This document shows positions 45,522-54,576 of a DNA stretch of 64,000 nucleotides, in pieces. The stretch lies in the IMG/VR virus record IMGVR_UViG_3300020122_000176; one strand, written 5' to 3'. A program made the position numbers and the translations under genes. Position 1 is the stretch's first letter, and each line of letters opens with the position of its first letter. This DNA is from an uncultured virus (IMG/VR IMGVR_UViG_3300020122_000176). Lineage: Duplodnaviria > Heunggongvirae > Uroviricota > Caudoviricetes. The notes below the pieces were generated by a model. It did not search any database. It had not been told where the DNA came from and saw only the letters and a program-made list of their open reading frames with translations.

Positions 45522-46322
45522 TCATGAGCCGTCCGACGTGTTCCACGCCTCCTCGCTGGTGTTGTTCTTGCCCGCCTTGTTGTCAAACTGGCCCTGGCCG
45601 CGGAAGGGCGGCTTCACGCGATCGGTGTTGGAATTGACCTTGAGGCGGTCGGCCCAGCTGATGCCGCCAGAATAGGGCTGGACGCCGAACGTGTTGCCTC
45701 GCGCCTCCAGATCTGCAGCCAGCGTGGCATAGGCCTTGGCGATGTCGCCCCAGCTGATCTGCAGATCTCCGACGCGCTTGTTCGGCTTGCGGGCGTACTT
45801 GGCCTGCAGATTGCGCGCGCACTGCGCCGCCGCCAGCATCGGATTGGTAAACTGCGTAAGCACATAGTCGATCTCGGCGTCCATGATCTGGGCGTTGTCG
45901 ACGTCGGTGTCGTTGATCCAGAAGCGCACGGCATCGCGCTCATTGATGCTGGGGTCGCCGCTATAGGTCGCGATCGGTTTGATGCCGACCTGCCAGCGTC
46001 CGATCTCGACGGTCGTTTCGTTGCCGCTGCTGTCGGTAAGGACCGCGCGATGAATGTAGAACCCTACAAGCGCCGCGCTTTCTCCAGTCATGATGTTCGG
46101 CTGGAAGATCCCGCCCGTGCCGCCATTGATCTTGGAAACGCCGCCTAGCGTGAACGCCTTGCTGATGACCGGAGCCGAATCGGCATCGCGTTGCGCGGAC
46201 CAGACGATCTCGACCATGCTGGAGATGTCGATCGGCGTGCCAGAGCCGTCGCGCGTTGTGAACTGCGGATAGGCCGCGTCGCCAGCGTAGCTTTCGAAGT
46301 TCTGTTTGACCGCAGCGCTCAT
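45522..46322 (-). CDS. Head-tail adaptor with N-terminal BppU-like domain
   Basis: AGD....FT..D..GTPIDIS N-domain; YSGDP...DAVRF.I.DTD....DAEI..L C-domain. Confidence 0.75.
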   Translation of the reverse strand: MSAAVKQNFESYAGDAAYPQFTTRDGSGTPIDISSMVEIVWSAQRDADSAPVISKAFTLGGVSKINGGTGGIFQPNIMTGESAALVGFYIHRAVLTDSSGNETTVEIGRWQVGIKPIATYSGDPSINERDAVRFWINDTDVDNAQIMDAEIDYVLTQFTNPMLAAAQCARNLQAKYARKPNKRVGDLQISWGDIAKAYATLAADLEARGNTFGVQPYSGGISWADRLKVNSNTDRVKPPFRGQGQFDNKAGKNNTSEEAWNTSDGS

Positions 46323-48808
46323 TCGTCCACCTCACCCTTCAGGTCGGCTTGCGACTTTGTAGCATCAAGCGTGGCCTCCGTCTTGGTGGCGCTAAGGTCC
46401 GCCTGCGCCTTGGTCGCGGCAAGGTTCGCTTCGTTTTTTTGCGCCAGAAGCACAGCCTGCGAATCGATAGCGTTAAGGCGAGGCCGATTGAAGAGGTTTC
46501 GGCCTGGCCTGGAAATCGGAATGCCCCAAGCGGCAGCAACTCGCGCGAGATGCTCGACGACGAAGTTGACCCCGGCCGAGATCAGACCGCCGAAGTGGCT
46601 GACTGGCAGCGTGCTATCGGACCGCACGGCCGCAACGTGGGAAGTTTCGACGCCAGAATGCGAGCGCAGATCGCCGGTGCGCGATATTTGCGGTCCTTGA
46701 TCGCCTTGCGCCCTGGCGGCGTGCGCAACGGGGTCGGCGCGATCGCCCGCGACCGTCGCTCCATGCGCGACCTGGGCGAGCGTGTCGCCGATCGACTGCG
46801 TGACCGTGCCGTCATGAGAAACGGGGACCGTCTCGTCGCCATTGACCGCGGCGCGATGCGCGACCGGAATTGTCCGGTCCTCCTGAAGTCCGACTAGGTG
46901 AGCTGCTGGGTCGGAGCCGTCTTCACGCACGCCGGCCAGGTGCTCAGCCTGGACGAGCCGGTTTGATTGCAGATTGCCGGAATGCGAGGTCTGAACGCCT
47001 TCGGACGACTGTGCGCCGGCGAGGTGCTCGACTGGGGTGCTGGGACCGCCTTGCTCTCCCGCCAAGTGCTCGGCAGGGACGCCGCTGCCACCTTGCGCAC
47101 CAGCGCCATGGGCCAAATTCAACAGCGTGTCGCCCACCGCCTGCGCTGCACTGGCGCCATGCGCGACCGGGATTGTCTCGTCGCCATTGATGTTCGCCAG
47201 GTGCTCGGTCGGGACGTTGGCGTCACCGCGTTCGCCGGCGCCGTGCGCCACTGGGTCGCGCTGGTCGGATGCTTCGCCCGCAAGATGCTCGGTCGGCGTG
47301 GTGCCTGTTGAGGCTTCGCCGGCCAGGTGCGCGACCGGATCGACGCCATCGCTGCGCTCGCTGGCGAGGTGCTCGGCGTAAACAGTCTCGCCCGACACTT
47401 CATTCGCGGCGTGCGAGGTCTGTACGGATTGCGCCGACTGCTCGCCCGCGCCATGAGCCACCGGCACGGTCGGCCCAGATTGCTCTGCGACCAAGTGCTC
47501 GGCGTAAACGGTGCTGGTCGATACTTCGTTGGCCGCGTGAGACGTTGGGTCCGTGCCGTCGAAGCGCTCGCCGACCAGGTGCTCGGTCGGGATTATTGGC
47601 GTCGATTGTTCGCCTGCGAGGTGCTCGGTGTTGACCGCTGGCGAGGAAACCTCATTGGCCGCATGAGAGGTCGGCACGGATTCCGACGAAACTTCGTTCG
47701 CGGCATGCGCCACCGGCACCAAAGGCGAAGATTGCTCTCCTGCAAGATGCTCAGCATAAATCTGCGGAGTCGATTGCTCGCCGACGAGGTGCTCGCCCGA
47801 GACGATCGGCGACGACACTTCGTTCGCTCTGTGTGCTGCCGGGACTAGCGGCGAAGACTGCTCTCCTGCGCCGTGGGCGACTGGATCGGTTTGGCTCGTT
47901 TGCTCGGCGACCAAGTGCTCGGCGTAGGTTTGCGGGGTGCTCTGGACTGCGGCGCCGTGCGCGACCGGAATCGGTTTGCCAGCGACCTGGCTCGCGTTGC
48001 TGACCACGAAGGGCCAGTCTGACGTCAGCGCGAAAGAACCAAGGTTGACCCAAGTTTTGCTCGCCTGGACCGGATAAAACATGTCCCAGGGATGCTGGTA
48101 CAGATCCTGAGCATCATTGTCGCTTAATAGATAGCCCTGATAGAACCGCGCGAGATGAAGATTGATTGTTGGTGTTGCGAAGTTCCCGCTCGTATCTGCG
48201 CAGAGAAAGAAAACATTTGTCTTCGTCGGGTTACTCATTAACTGAGACTGGTCGTAAATCTTTACGCCGTTCAGATAAATCTTAGTTCCGATGTTCCCTT
48301 GCTTAGACAGAACGATGTGTGACGTCACGCCCGCATTCAGCAGTCCAGAGCCGATCTGAATGATAAAGGGAGAGCCAGTGTCCCACGGAACCCAATTCAA
48401 GTCCGTCAGGCTTGAGGCTACTTCGTAGTCGTAGCCGCCGTCAGCTGCATTGCCACCAAAGTCGAACAGACGATCGAATTGTGCAGCACCAGCACCGGTA
48501 GCCGTAAATAGAAATTCAGAACTGAATGCAAGATTGCCAATGCCGGGACTGCCCCAATCAACTGATGCCGGATAATAAAATCCGCTTGTCCCGTTGGCAG
48601 CGATGATGCCTTTTCCGGGTCTGTTTATGTTGATGTTGGGGCGAGTGCCGGCGATGCTGGCAGCCGTCCCAGAAATCATTTCTATAAGGCCGTTGCCGTA
48701 GTGGGCGCTGACGGCGCGCGTCACGCGCTGACCGAGCCTGTGGCTTCTGTTTATGGCAGCTGGGAACTGCGGCTGAATCGCGTTTCTGACCGGAAGTATC
48801 AGCGGCAT
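46319..48808 (-). CDS. Virion fibre/appendage: LamG-like domain plus 14-aa His-repeat stalk
   Basis: HIVLS...KIYLNG, ARFY...LS...QDLY LamG-like motifs; ~33 repeats. Confidence 0.75.
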   Translation of the reverse strand: MPLILPVRNAIQPQFPAAINRSHRLGQRVTRAVSAHYGNGLIEMISGTAASIAGTRPNININRPGKGIIAANGTSGFYYPASVDWGSPGIGNLAFSSEFLFTATGAGAAQFDRLFDFGGNAADGGYDYEVASSLTDLNWVPWDTGSPFIIQIGSGLLNAGVTSHIVLSKQGNIGTKIYLNGVKIYDQSQLMSNPTKTNVFFLCADTSGNFATPTINLHLARFYQGYLLSDNDAQDLYQHPWDMFYPVQASKTWVNLGSFALTSDWPFVVSNASQVAGKPIPVAHGAAVQSTPQTYAEHLVAEQTSQTDPVAHGAGEQSSPLVPAAHRANEVSSPIVSGEHLVGEQSTPQIYAEHLAGEQSSPLVPVAHAANEVSSESVPTSHAANEVSSPAVNTEHLAGEQSTPIIPTEHLVGERFDGTDPTSHAANEVSTSTVYAEHLVAEQSGPTVPVAHGAGEQSAQSVQTSHAANEVSGETVYAEHLASERSDGVDPVAHLAGEASTGTTPTEHLAGEASDQRDPVAHGAGERGDANVPTEHLANINGDETIPVAHGASAAQAVGDTLLNLAHGAGAQGGSGVPAEHLAGEQGGPSTPVEHLAGAQSSEGVQTSHSGNLQSNRLVQAEHLAGVREDGSDPAAHLVGLQEDRTIPVAHRAAVNGDETVPVSHDGTVTQSIGDTLAQVAHGATVAGDRADPVAHAARAQGDQGPQISRTGDLRSHSGVETSHVAAVRSDSTLPVSHFGGLISAGVNFVVEHLARVAAAWGIPISRPGRNLFNRPRLNAIDSQAVLLAQKNEANLAATKAQADLSATKTEATLDATKSQADLKGEVDE
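46540..47968 (-). repeat. ~33 degenerate 42-bp (14-aa) coding repeats, consensus xPx[AES]H[LGA]AGEQSx
   Basis: His recurs every 14 residues (two 17-aa exceptions). Confidence 0.9.
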
Positions 48809-48811
48809 TTA

Positions 48812-49261
48812 TCATGCCACCGTCGCACTGATTTCTGCTGTCTCCACCGTTCCAGTTGTGAGCGCAACACCAAGGTCGTTCTTCAGCACCAGTTTGAAGT
48901 GAGCCGGGATATAACCGAGAACCTGCAAGATGCTGAACGTGGCAATTTCCGTCACGCTGGATGACGCAAGTGGGATGACGCCAACAAATTTTAGGTTCGG
49001 CTCGTCGGTCGTGCTCGTGCCACTGGTCGGACCCGAGCGATAATTTGTCCCGTCCAAACTTTCCTGAAGAAATAGGACGACTTGCTTGTTTCCAGACGGC
49101 GTATTGGTCGTCGCGACGTCGACCTCGATGATGACATCGAGCGGCTGGTTGGTCGTGCAATTATAGTCAGCTGACTGGACATAGGTCGCGCTCGCAAGCG
49201 TGCTGAGCCCCGTGACCGTTAAGGCAGTTCGTGTCCCAACAATCTGTTTGACGGTTGCCAT
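48812..49261 (-). CDS. Putative virion structural protein
   Basis: Ser/Thr-rich beta protein; ESLDGTNY motif. Confidence 0.6.
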   Translation of the reverse strand: MATVKQIVGTRTALTVTGLSTLASATYVQSADYNCTTNQPLDVIIEVDVATTNTPSGNKQVVLFLQESLDGTNYRSGPTSGTSTTDEPNLKFVGVIPLASSSVTEIATFSILQVLGYIPAHFKLVLKNDLGVALTTGTVETAEISATVA

Positions 49262-49627
49262 TTAGGCCACGCTCACGGGGTTCCAAGCGCTCGACGTGTC
49301 CATGAATGTGCCGTAGTGCACCCACGGATTTGCCGCGTTTATTTCCGCCTGAAACGCCGTCCACACTGCCTGAAGGCGCGCTTCCCCGGCTGCGATCGTG
49401 TCGCCCGGAGCCATCGTCGCTATGTCCACGCGCTCCGTCACTGACCCATTTTGTAGAGCTGTGTTGTCGGCGGCAGCAGCATCTTTCCATGCCGAAACCA
49501 TGCTCGTCTGCTTCGCGGCGTAGAATGGCTGTCGCGCTGCAGGAACGTCAGCCCACATGAGATAACGATAGGTGATCGGAGCGGCGTTCAACTGTTCTAG
49601 AATGATGATGCGTTTCGTGATCGCCAT
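49262..49627 (-). CDS. Hypothetical virion-region protein
   Basis: Tightly packed in the late operon. Confidence 0.55.
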   Translation of the reverse strand: MAITKRIIILEQLNAAPITYRYLMWADVPAARQPFYAAKQTSMVSAWKDAAAADNTALQNGSVTERVDIATMAPGDTIAAGEARLQAVWTAFQAEINAANPWVHYGTFMDTSSAWNPVSVA

Positions 49628-49789
49628 TTTCAGCCACCTTCATTTGCGCGCTGGGAGAGTTGAACGAACTTCGTGTCGCTTTGGGGATTGAACGTGCTGG
49701 AGACCGCAAGGACCACTGTCTTGGACGAAGTCGAGAGTGCTGGCACTGGCGTCAGCACCACCGTTTGGGCTGAAAACGCCGTCGCCATT

Positions 49790-50083
49790 CTAAACCCCTG
49801 TGAGTGTGTCGACCGTTGTGCCCGCCCTGTCTGGCGAACCAGGCAGATAGGCAACAACATAATAGTTTTTCGAGCGGTCCGGCACCAGGCAGCTATAGGT
49901 GCCGTCGCTGTTCGAGGTCGTTGTGCCAACCGGCAAGTTGGTCAGCGTATCGAAGACGAAGACGTTGGCGCCAGCGATCGCGGCTCCGCTCAGATCGACC
50001 ACGCTGCCGCTGATGAAGGGCGGCAACACATAATCCGGGTACGACGCGGTGAATTTTACGCTGACTCCCGCCGGCCCGATCAT
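49790..50083 (-). CDS. Carboxypeptidase regulatory-like (prealbumin fold) domain protein
   Basis: ISGSVVD.SGAAIAGANV...TTTSNSDGTYS. Confidence 0.72.
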   Translation of the reverse strand: MIGPAGVSVKFTASYPDYVLPPFISGSVVDLSGAAIAGANVFVFDTLTNLPVGTTTSNSDGTYSCLVPDRSKNYYVVAYLPGSPDRAGTTVDTLTGV

Positions 50084-50619
50084 TAGTTGAGCGATCGCCA
50101 GATATGCCAGCGCGGAATCACGGAAGGCGCGACCGAGAAGGTAATGCCAATCCAAAGGCCCGATGCGATGGACGTGTCAACCGATGTGTTCGCCGTGCCG
50201 CCGCAAGTAACGACCGTCGACGAGGCGGCCGTCGCAACAGCGCCGTTCGAGACCCAGTATCCCGCTCCGAAGGCCAGCGAGTTCGCACCGGGAAGCTGGA
50301 CCTGCCGAAATGTCAGCCAATAGCGGAAGATGAAGGCTGGCGTCGTGATCGACGGGACATAGTTTTGCGTGGGCGACGCGCCGAGCGAAGTGCCGCCAAT
50401 GACAAGGCCGTATCGCGGCTGGATGATAAGCGTGCCGGCCGTGCCGGTGGTGGCTGTGCCGCCGACCGTCAGCTCGTAAACCTTGCCGGCGCGCGGCTCC
50501 ATCGCGTTGATCGGAGTCAGCACGGTCGGAATGAGCACGGTCTCGGACGTCGCGGTGATCGTCGTGTAGTCGACGCCCAGCGGCTCGGTCAGCGTGTCGG
50601 CAAAGTACTGCCTGCTCAT
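50083..50619 (-). CDS. Thr-rich putative virion protein
   Basis: Composition and late-operon position. Confidence 0.6.
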   Translation of the reverse strand: MSRQYFADTLTEPLGVDYTTITATSETVLIPTVLTPINAMEPRAGKVYELTVGGTATTGTAGTLIIQPRYGLVIGGTSLGASPTQNYVPSITTPAFIFRYWLTFRQVQLPGANSLAFGAGYWVSNGAVATAASSTVVTCGGTANTSVDTSIASGLWIGITFSVAPSVIPRWHIWRSLN

Positions 50620-50930
50620 CGGTCGACTCCAAGGCTGAGGATGCGCTCGATACGCTCCGGGGTGCCGGGAACGTCGGGATAGCGTTCAACGTGTGTCCTG
50701 CGGCCGCCGCTCAGCATGTAGGAATCAATCAGCTGCTGCTTCGCACGTCCGAAAAGATCGTCGAACAGCTTCTCGGCCTGCTGGCGCGTCGTCGCTTCCT
50801 GCTTGATCGCATTTACGGCGACTGAGACACCGGCGCACCAAACCTCTTCGCAAGTATGGCCGTGGTTCGCACGCTCGTAAGCGCGGTGCAGATCGTTGAA
50901 GCCCAGACTGGTCGTGAGGCCGTTCGGCAT
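50616..50930 (-). CDS. Hypothetical protein
   Basis: ATGA overlap. Confidence 0.5.
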   Translation of the reverse strand: MPNGLTTSLGFNDLHRAYERANHGHTCEEVWCAGVSVAVNAIKQEATTRQQAEKLFDDLFGRAKQQLIDSYMLSGGRRTHVERYPDVPGTPERIERILSLGVDR

Positions 50931-50933
50931 GTC

Positions 50934-51977
50934 TTAAACGCTGTTGCCAGCGCCTCGCAGAGTGAAGGAGGTTTTCGCCGGCGCAGTGCCAGCAGGGATC
51001 ACGTATTGCAGCCACAAGCCCTCGGCGCCCGCCGCGTTCGGCGCGTTGCCGGACGGAAGATTCTGCGGTGATGGGACATTCTGGCTCTGTGGCGCTGCGC
51101 CGGACGTGAAGGTGATCGCCGAGGAGTCGCCATTCGCTGGCAAGGTCTGCCGATTGGCTGCCGTGGCCGTGTCGTTCAGCGCCTTGCAAACGCCGAAGTT
51201 CAGCGTGCCGCCAGTCGGATCGGACTGCTTCGAGATGACCGCCTGCGTGAGCGCCGTAGCCGTGTTGTTGTTGACGCAGAAAACCTTCTCGTAAAACGTG
51301 CGCGAGGAGCCGCCCGGGACGTCGGCCGCGATGTTGTAGAAGACGCGGCGGATCGTCGTGACCTGGTTTGGCGACAGATCGAACAGCATGCCCTCGTGAA
51401 CGTCGTAGGTCGACGCCGACGTTGGCGCCGTTCCCCAGTCGCGGTTGACATAGGCGAAGTCGCCGCTGATGCGAACGATGCGGCGCAGCTGGAAATTCAC
51501 GCCGGCTGGCGAGTTGTTCGTGATGCGGATGATCTGGCCGACGGCGACCGACGCGCCATCAGCCGCTGCAAGCTGGATAAACGGCTCAACTTGGCCCGAT
51601 GTGTTGCCGCCGGACTGAGCGGTGTGCGCCGAAATGATCTTGGTATGGCTGATGGCTGCAATATCGCCGACCGCTGTTGTTCCAGTCGCAACACCCTTCA
51701 TGAGGCGCTCGAAGGTCTGCGAGCCGTTGACCAGGGTGGTGCCGTTCAGCGTCTTGGCCTCAGCCTGGCTGACGCCGGTCGCATCCAAGCCGGTCACTGT
51801 GAGGACGGCCGCGGTGTCGGAGGCGCTGGACGAGACGTAGTCCATGAGGCCGTTCGGGCTGATGTCGCTGAAGAACACCAGCGTCGACATGGTGACGGCG
51901 CCGCCGACCGTGGACGATTCGTCCTCCGGCATGTTCGCCGAGCCGTAGAAGTAAATCTGGTTTTGCGAAACAGTCAC
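50934..51977 (-). CDS. Ser/Thr-rich putative virion protein
   Basis: GGAGG RBS; FYEKVFCVNNN motif; composition. Confidence 0.65.
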   Translation of the reverse strand: MTVSQNQIYFYGSANMPEDESSTVGGAVTMSTLVFFSDISPNGLMDYVSSSASDTAAVLTVTGLDATGVSQAEAKTLNGTTLVNGSQTFERLMKGVATGTTAVGDIAAISHTKIISAHTAQSGGNTSGQVEPFIQLAAADGASVAVGQIIRITNNSPAGVNFQLRRIVRISGDFAYVNRDWGTAPTSASTYDVHEGMLFDLSPNQVTTIRRVFYNIAADVPGGSSRTFYEKVFCVNNNTATALTQAVISKQSDPTGGTLNFGVCKALNDTATAANRQTLPANGDSSAITFTSGAAPQSQNVPSPQNLPSGNAPNAAGAEGLWLQYVIPAGTAPAKTSFTLRGAGNSV

Positions 51978-51987
51978 CGCCAGCCTC

Positions 51988-52320
51988 CTAGACCAAGGTG
52001 TATGTCAGAGCGCCGCCCACGGCAACGCTTGAGCTGAGAAGCAGATCGAGTTGTTCGCCGACATTGGTATCGAACCAGCCATATTCATTGAAGGCGAGTG
52101 GCGCATTGGTGTTGGCGGCACAGTAGATCGGACCGGAAATGTCCACCGAGACGGGCGGGCTGACTGGCGTCGTCGATTGAAACCGCGCGTTGACCGATCC
52201 ATTCGACGACAAAAACAGGGCGAGCACGCGGATCTTCTTGCCCGCAACGGCGGAGACGATCGGACGGCTCACGCCCGATTCAATGATCGCACGGAAGACA
52301 CCGCCTGGAATCGCAACCAT
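51988..52320 (-). CDS. Putative head decoration protein
   Basis: IVSAVAGKKIRVL...GEQL.L.LS...VGG.LTY. Confidence 0.6.
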   Translation of the reverse strand: MVAIPGGVFRAIIESGVSRPIVSAVAGKKIRVLALFLSSNGSVNARFQSTTPVSPPVSVDISGPIYCAANTNAPLAFNEYGWFDTNVGEQLDLLLSSSVAVGGALTYTLV

Positions 52321-52396
52321 TCAACTGCTCCCTAGCGAAAACGGCGCCGACGCCTTCGCGCCAGCGCCGCCCGGGGTTCACCCGTCCTCATGCAAC

Positions 52397-52648
52397 TTAC
52401 GCTGTCGACATCTCCACCCAAGTCGGGCTGAGTTTTGTGTTCGTATTGCGATACCAGTTGCCGGTGTCGGCGCGGATCGCGACCGAGCCAATCCCGGCCC
52501 AGCCAGCGCCATCGCCGGACGTGCCGTTCGTGAGCGCGCCTGGCACCGAGAAAATCCAGATGCTGTTCGCGGGGTCGATCAAGTGACCGTCGCTCGCGAT
52601 GGCACCCTTCGAACTGTAGTTGACGGGCGGCTGTTGCGTGCGCGCCAT
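52397..52648 (-). CDS. Putative head fibre-type small protein
   Basis: GSVAIR.DTG.WY.NT.T..SPTW. Confidence 0.55.
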   Translation of the reverse strand: MARTQQPPVNYSSKGAIASDGHLIDPANSIWIFSVPGALTNGTSGDGAGWAGIGSVAIRADTGNWYRNTNTKLSPTWVEMSTA

Positions 52649-52654
52649 GCTGGC

Positions 52655-52984
52655 TTACTCCTGTTCGGTCTGCACCGCGGGGGCTTTGCGCGAACGCTTC
52701 ACCTTCCGCTTTGCCGGCTTGCGCCCGCCCATCGCCAACAGGCGATCCAGCTTGGCCTCGACGTTGTCCATGCGCTCGCACAAGGCGACAAGCACGGGAT
52801 CGTGACCGCCATCCTCGCCAGTCATGCGCCCATCGTCGCCGATCAAGGTCACGTGTCCTTGCGAGACCAGAGCGCGGCGCGGCGCTTCTTCGAACGCCAT
52901 CCACTCCTCTGTCGTGATGACATCGCCAGGCTTGCGGACCTTGCCGCCGAAAGGCATGTGCGTGTTCACTCGCGCCTGCATCAC
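52655..52984 (-). CDS. Hypothetical protein after the capsid gene
   Basis: GGAG RBS; position. Confidence 0.6.
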   Translation of the reverse strand: MMQARVNTHMPFGGKVRKPGDVITTEEWMAFEEAPRRALVSQGHVTLIGDDGRMTGEDGGHDPVLVALCERMDNVEAKLDRLLAMGGRKPAKRKVKRSRKAPAVQTEQE

Positions 52985-53009
52985 TCTCTCCGTTCTGACG
53001 CCGTGGGGT

Positions 53010-53957
53010 TTACGAGACCACCGCGCTGAAGAAATAGCCGAGGTCTTTGCCTGTGACCTTCATGTCGAAGGCGAACTGGCCGCGGACCACGTCTTCCTTG
53101 GTCTTCTGATCGTAGTAGCTGTCGATGGCGATGCCGGCCGCGTTGACGGCGGTCAGGTTCGTCCAGGCGAAGATGGCGCCAGCGCATGGCTCCATGATCG
53201 AGGGCGAGCCATCGGCGTAGATCAGAAGCGCATTGTTGCCCGCGATGAACGCATAGGCGCCGGTGGCGCCCTCCTCGTTCGTCGCATAGGACGCCTTGGC
53301 GATCACGTAGTCTTCGAGTTCGAAGGCCTTCGCGATCATGTCTTCCGTGATCGATGCCGAGGACGTGTATTTGTACATATCCTTGATCAGCGGATGGCGC
53401 TTCAGCGCGTTGTGGACCTTGTAGCCGACGATGAGCTTGTTGGGCTCACGTCCGGTGTTCTGCAGAACGGTCGTGCGGCCGGTATCGATGTCCTTCTGCG
53501 GATCCGACGCGTAGTCGTCCCAAAGCACGCCCGGAGTGATGTCGGTGCCCCAGATGCCGCTCGTGAAAAACTTGGTGGCGAACAGGCGCTCGCCGCGGAT
53601 CAGCATGCGCTGCGTGACGAGGCGGGTGGCCGCTTCGTCGAGCCGGATGCTGGGATCGCTGTTCTTGACCACGAGGTCGGACAGCGGGACTTCCGTCCAC
53701 CACGCCGTCGCATCGTAGCTGTCGGTCGACAGCGTGAAGCCGGAACGCGGCGCTGCTTCGCCAGGCGCGCGAGGCTTAACGGCGTCGTCGCGATTGAAGT
53801 CGTTCTTGTTGAAGATGAAAAACTTGTTCGTCATGTGCTCGACAGGCTTGATCGGGAACGCCTGACGCCAGACGAAGTTTTTGTCGTCCTGGAAGTACGC
53901 GACGGAAAAGTCAGTGAGTGCCGCGTCTATATGGACGTCTTGCGGGGTAGGCTGCAT
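53010..53957 (-). CDS. Major capsid protein
   Basis: HIDAALTDFSVAY, WDD.ASDP..DI, ALKRHP.I, GYFFSAVV; AAGGAG RBS. Confidence 0.92.
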   Translation of the reverse strand: MQPTPQDVHIDAALTDFSVAYFQDDKNFVWRQAFPIKPVEHMTNKFFIFNKNDFNRDDAVKPRAPGEAAPRSGFTLSTDSYDATAWWTEVPLSDLVVKNSDPSIRLDEAATRLVTQRMLIRGERLFATKFFTSGIWGTDITPGVLWDDYASDPQKDIDTGRTTVLQNTGREPNKLIVGYKVHNALKRHPLIKDMYKYTSSASITEDMIAKAFELEDYVIAKASYATNEEGATGAYAFIAGNNALLIYADGSPSIMEPCAGAIFAWTNLTAVNAAGIAIDSYYDQKTKEDVVRGQFAFDMKVTGKDLGYFFSAVVS

Positions 53958-54088
53958 CTCTGCGCTCCTTCAAGGGCCGGGCCGCTTCACAGCGGTCCTT
54001 ACTGCCTTCTGCCGGTTTGGGGTGTTGCGTGCCCCAAGCCGACTACCATCCGAGGGAATGCCGCGCATCACTGCGGGGCTGCAACCCC

Positions 54089-54511
54089 TTAAACGCGATA
54101 CTTGCGATCCAGCAGCACTGTGCCGATGTCGCCGTTGGTGACGTCTTCCATCATCACGCCGTACACGAACGCGCCGAAATTGGCACCGGTCGCGGTTGGC
54201 GTGATCTTGACTGCCTGACCGGTCGAGTCCGAACCGACCTCGTCGCCCGCCTTCAGGCTGCCAGAGCCGACCTTGACCTTCGACACGCCGATCGCGCGAA
54301 CCTGGAGCGCGTCGCCCGACTTCGAATTGCCTTGGCTGATGCCGACTGCGTTGTCGTCATGGCCATTGCACACCACAACGGTGTCGCTGGCGCTCAACTT
54401 CACGAACAGAAACTGGCCTGTGCCGTTCGGACCTGCGAGGCCGCCCGATGCGGAGAAATCCTGTCCAGCGACGATCGCCGGAAGATCAAGAACGGGACGT
54501 TCCCATGCCAT
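54089..54511 (-). CDS. Capsid cement/decoration protein (DUF2190-like)
   Basis: QFLFVKL, GVSKVKVG, GDEVGSDSTGQAV. Confidence 0.8.
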   Translation of the reverse strand: MAWERPVLDLPAIVAGQDFSASGGLAGPNGTGQFLFVKLSASDTVVVCNGHDDNAVGISQGNSKSGDALQVRAIGVSKVKVGSGSLKAGDEVGSDSTGQAVKITPTATGANFGAFVYGVMMEDVTNGDIGTVLLDRKYRV

Positions 54512-54576
54512 GGGATAACTCCTTCTTTGGGCTGCCTACGCCATCCGGCGTTGGCCTACGAACTTCTGAAGGCGAC

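Noticed and set aside
46540..47968. Periodic DNA repeats as a possible CRISPR array or DGR repeat
   Set aside because: Degenerate, in-frame 42-bp coding repeats without spacers; no cas or reverse transcriptase genes
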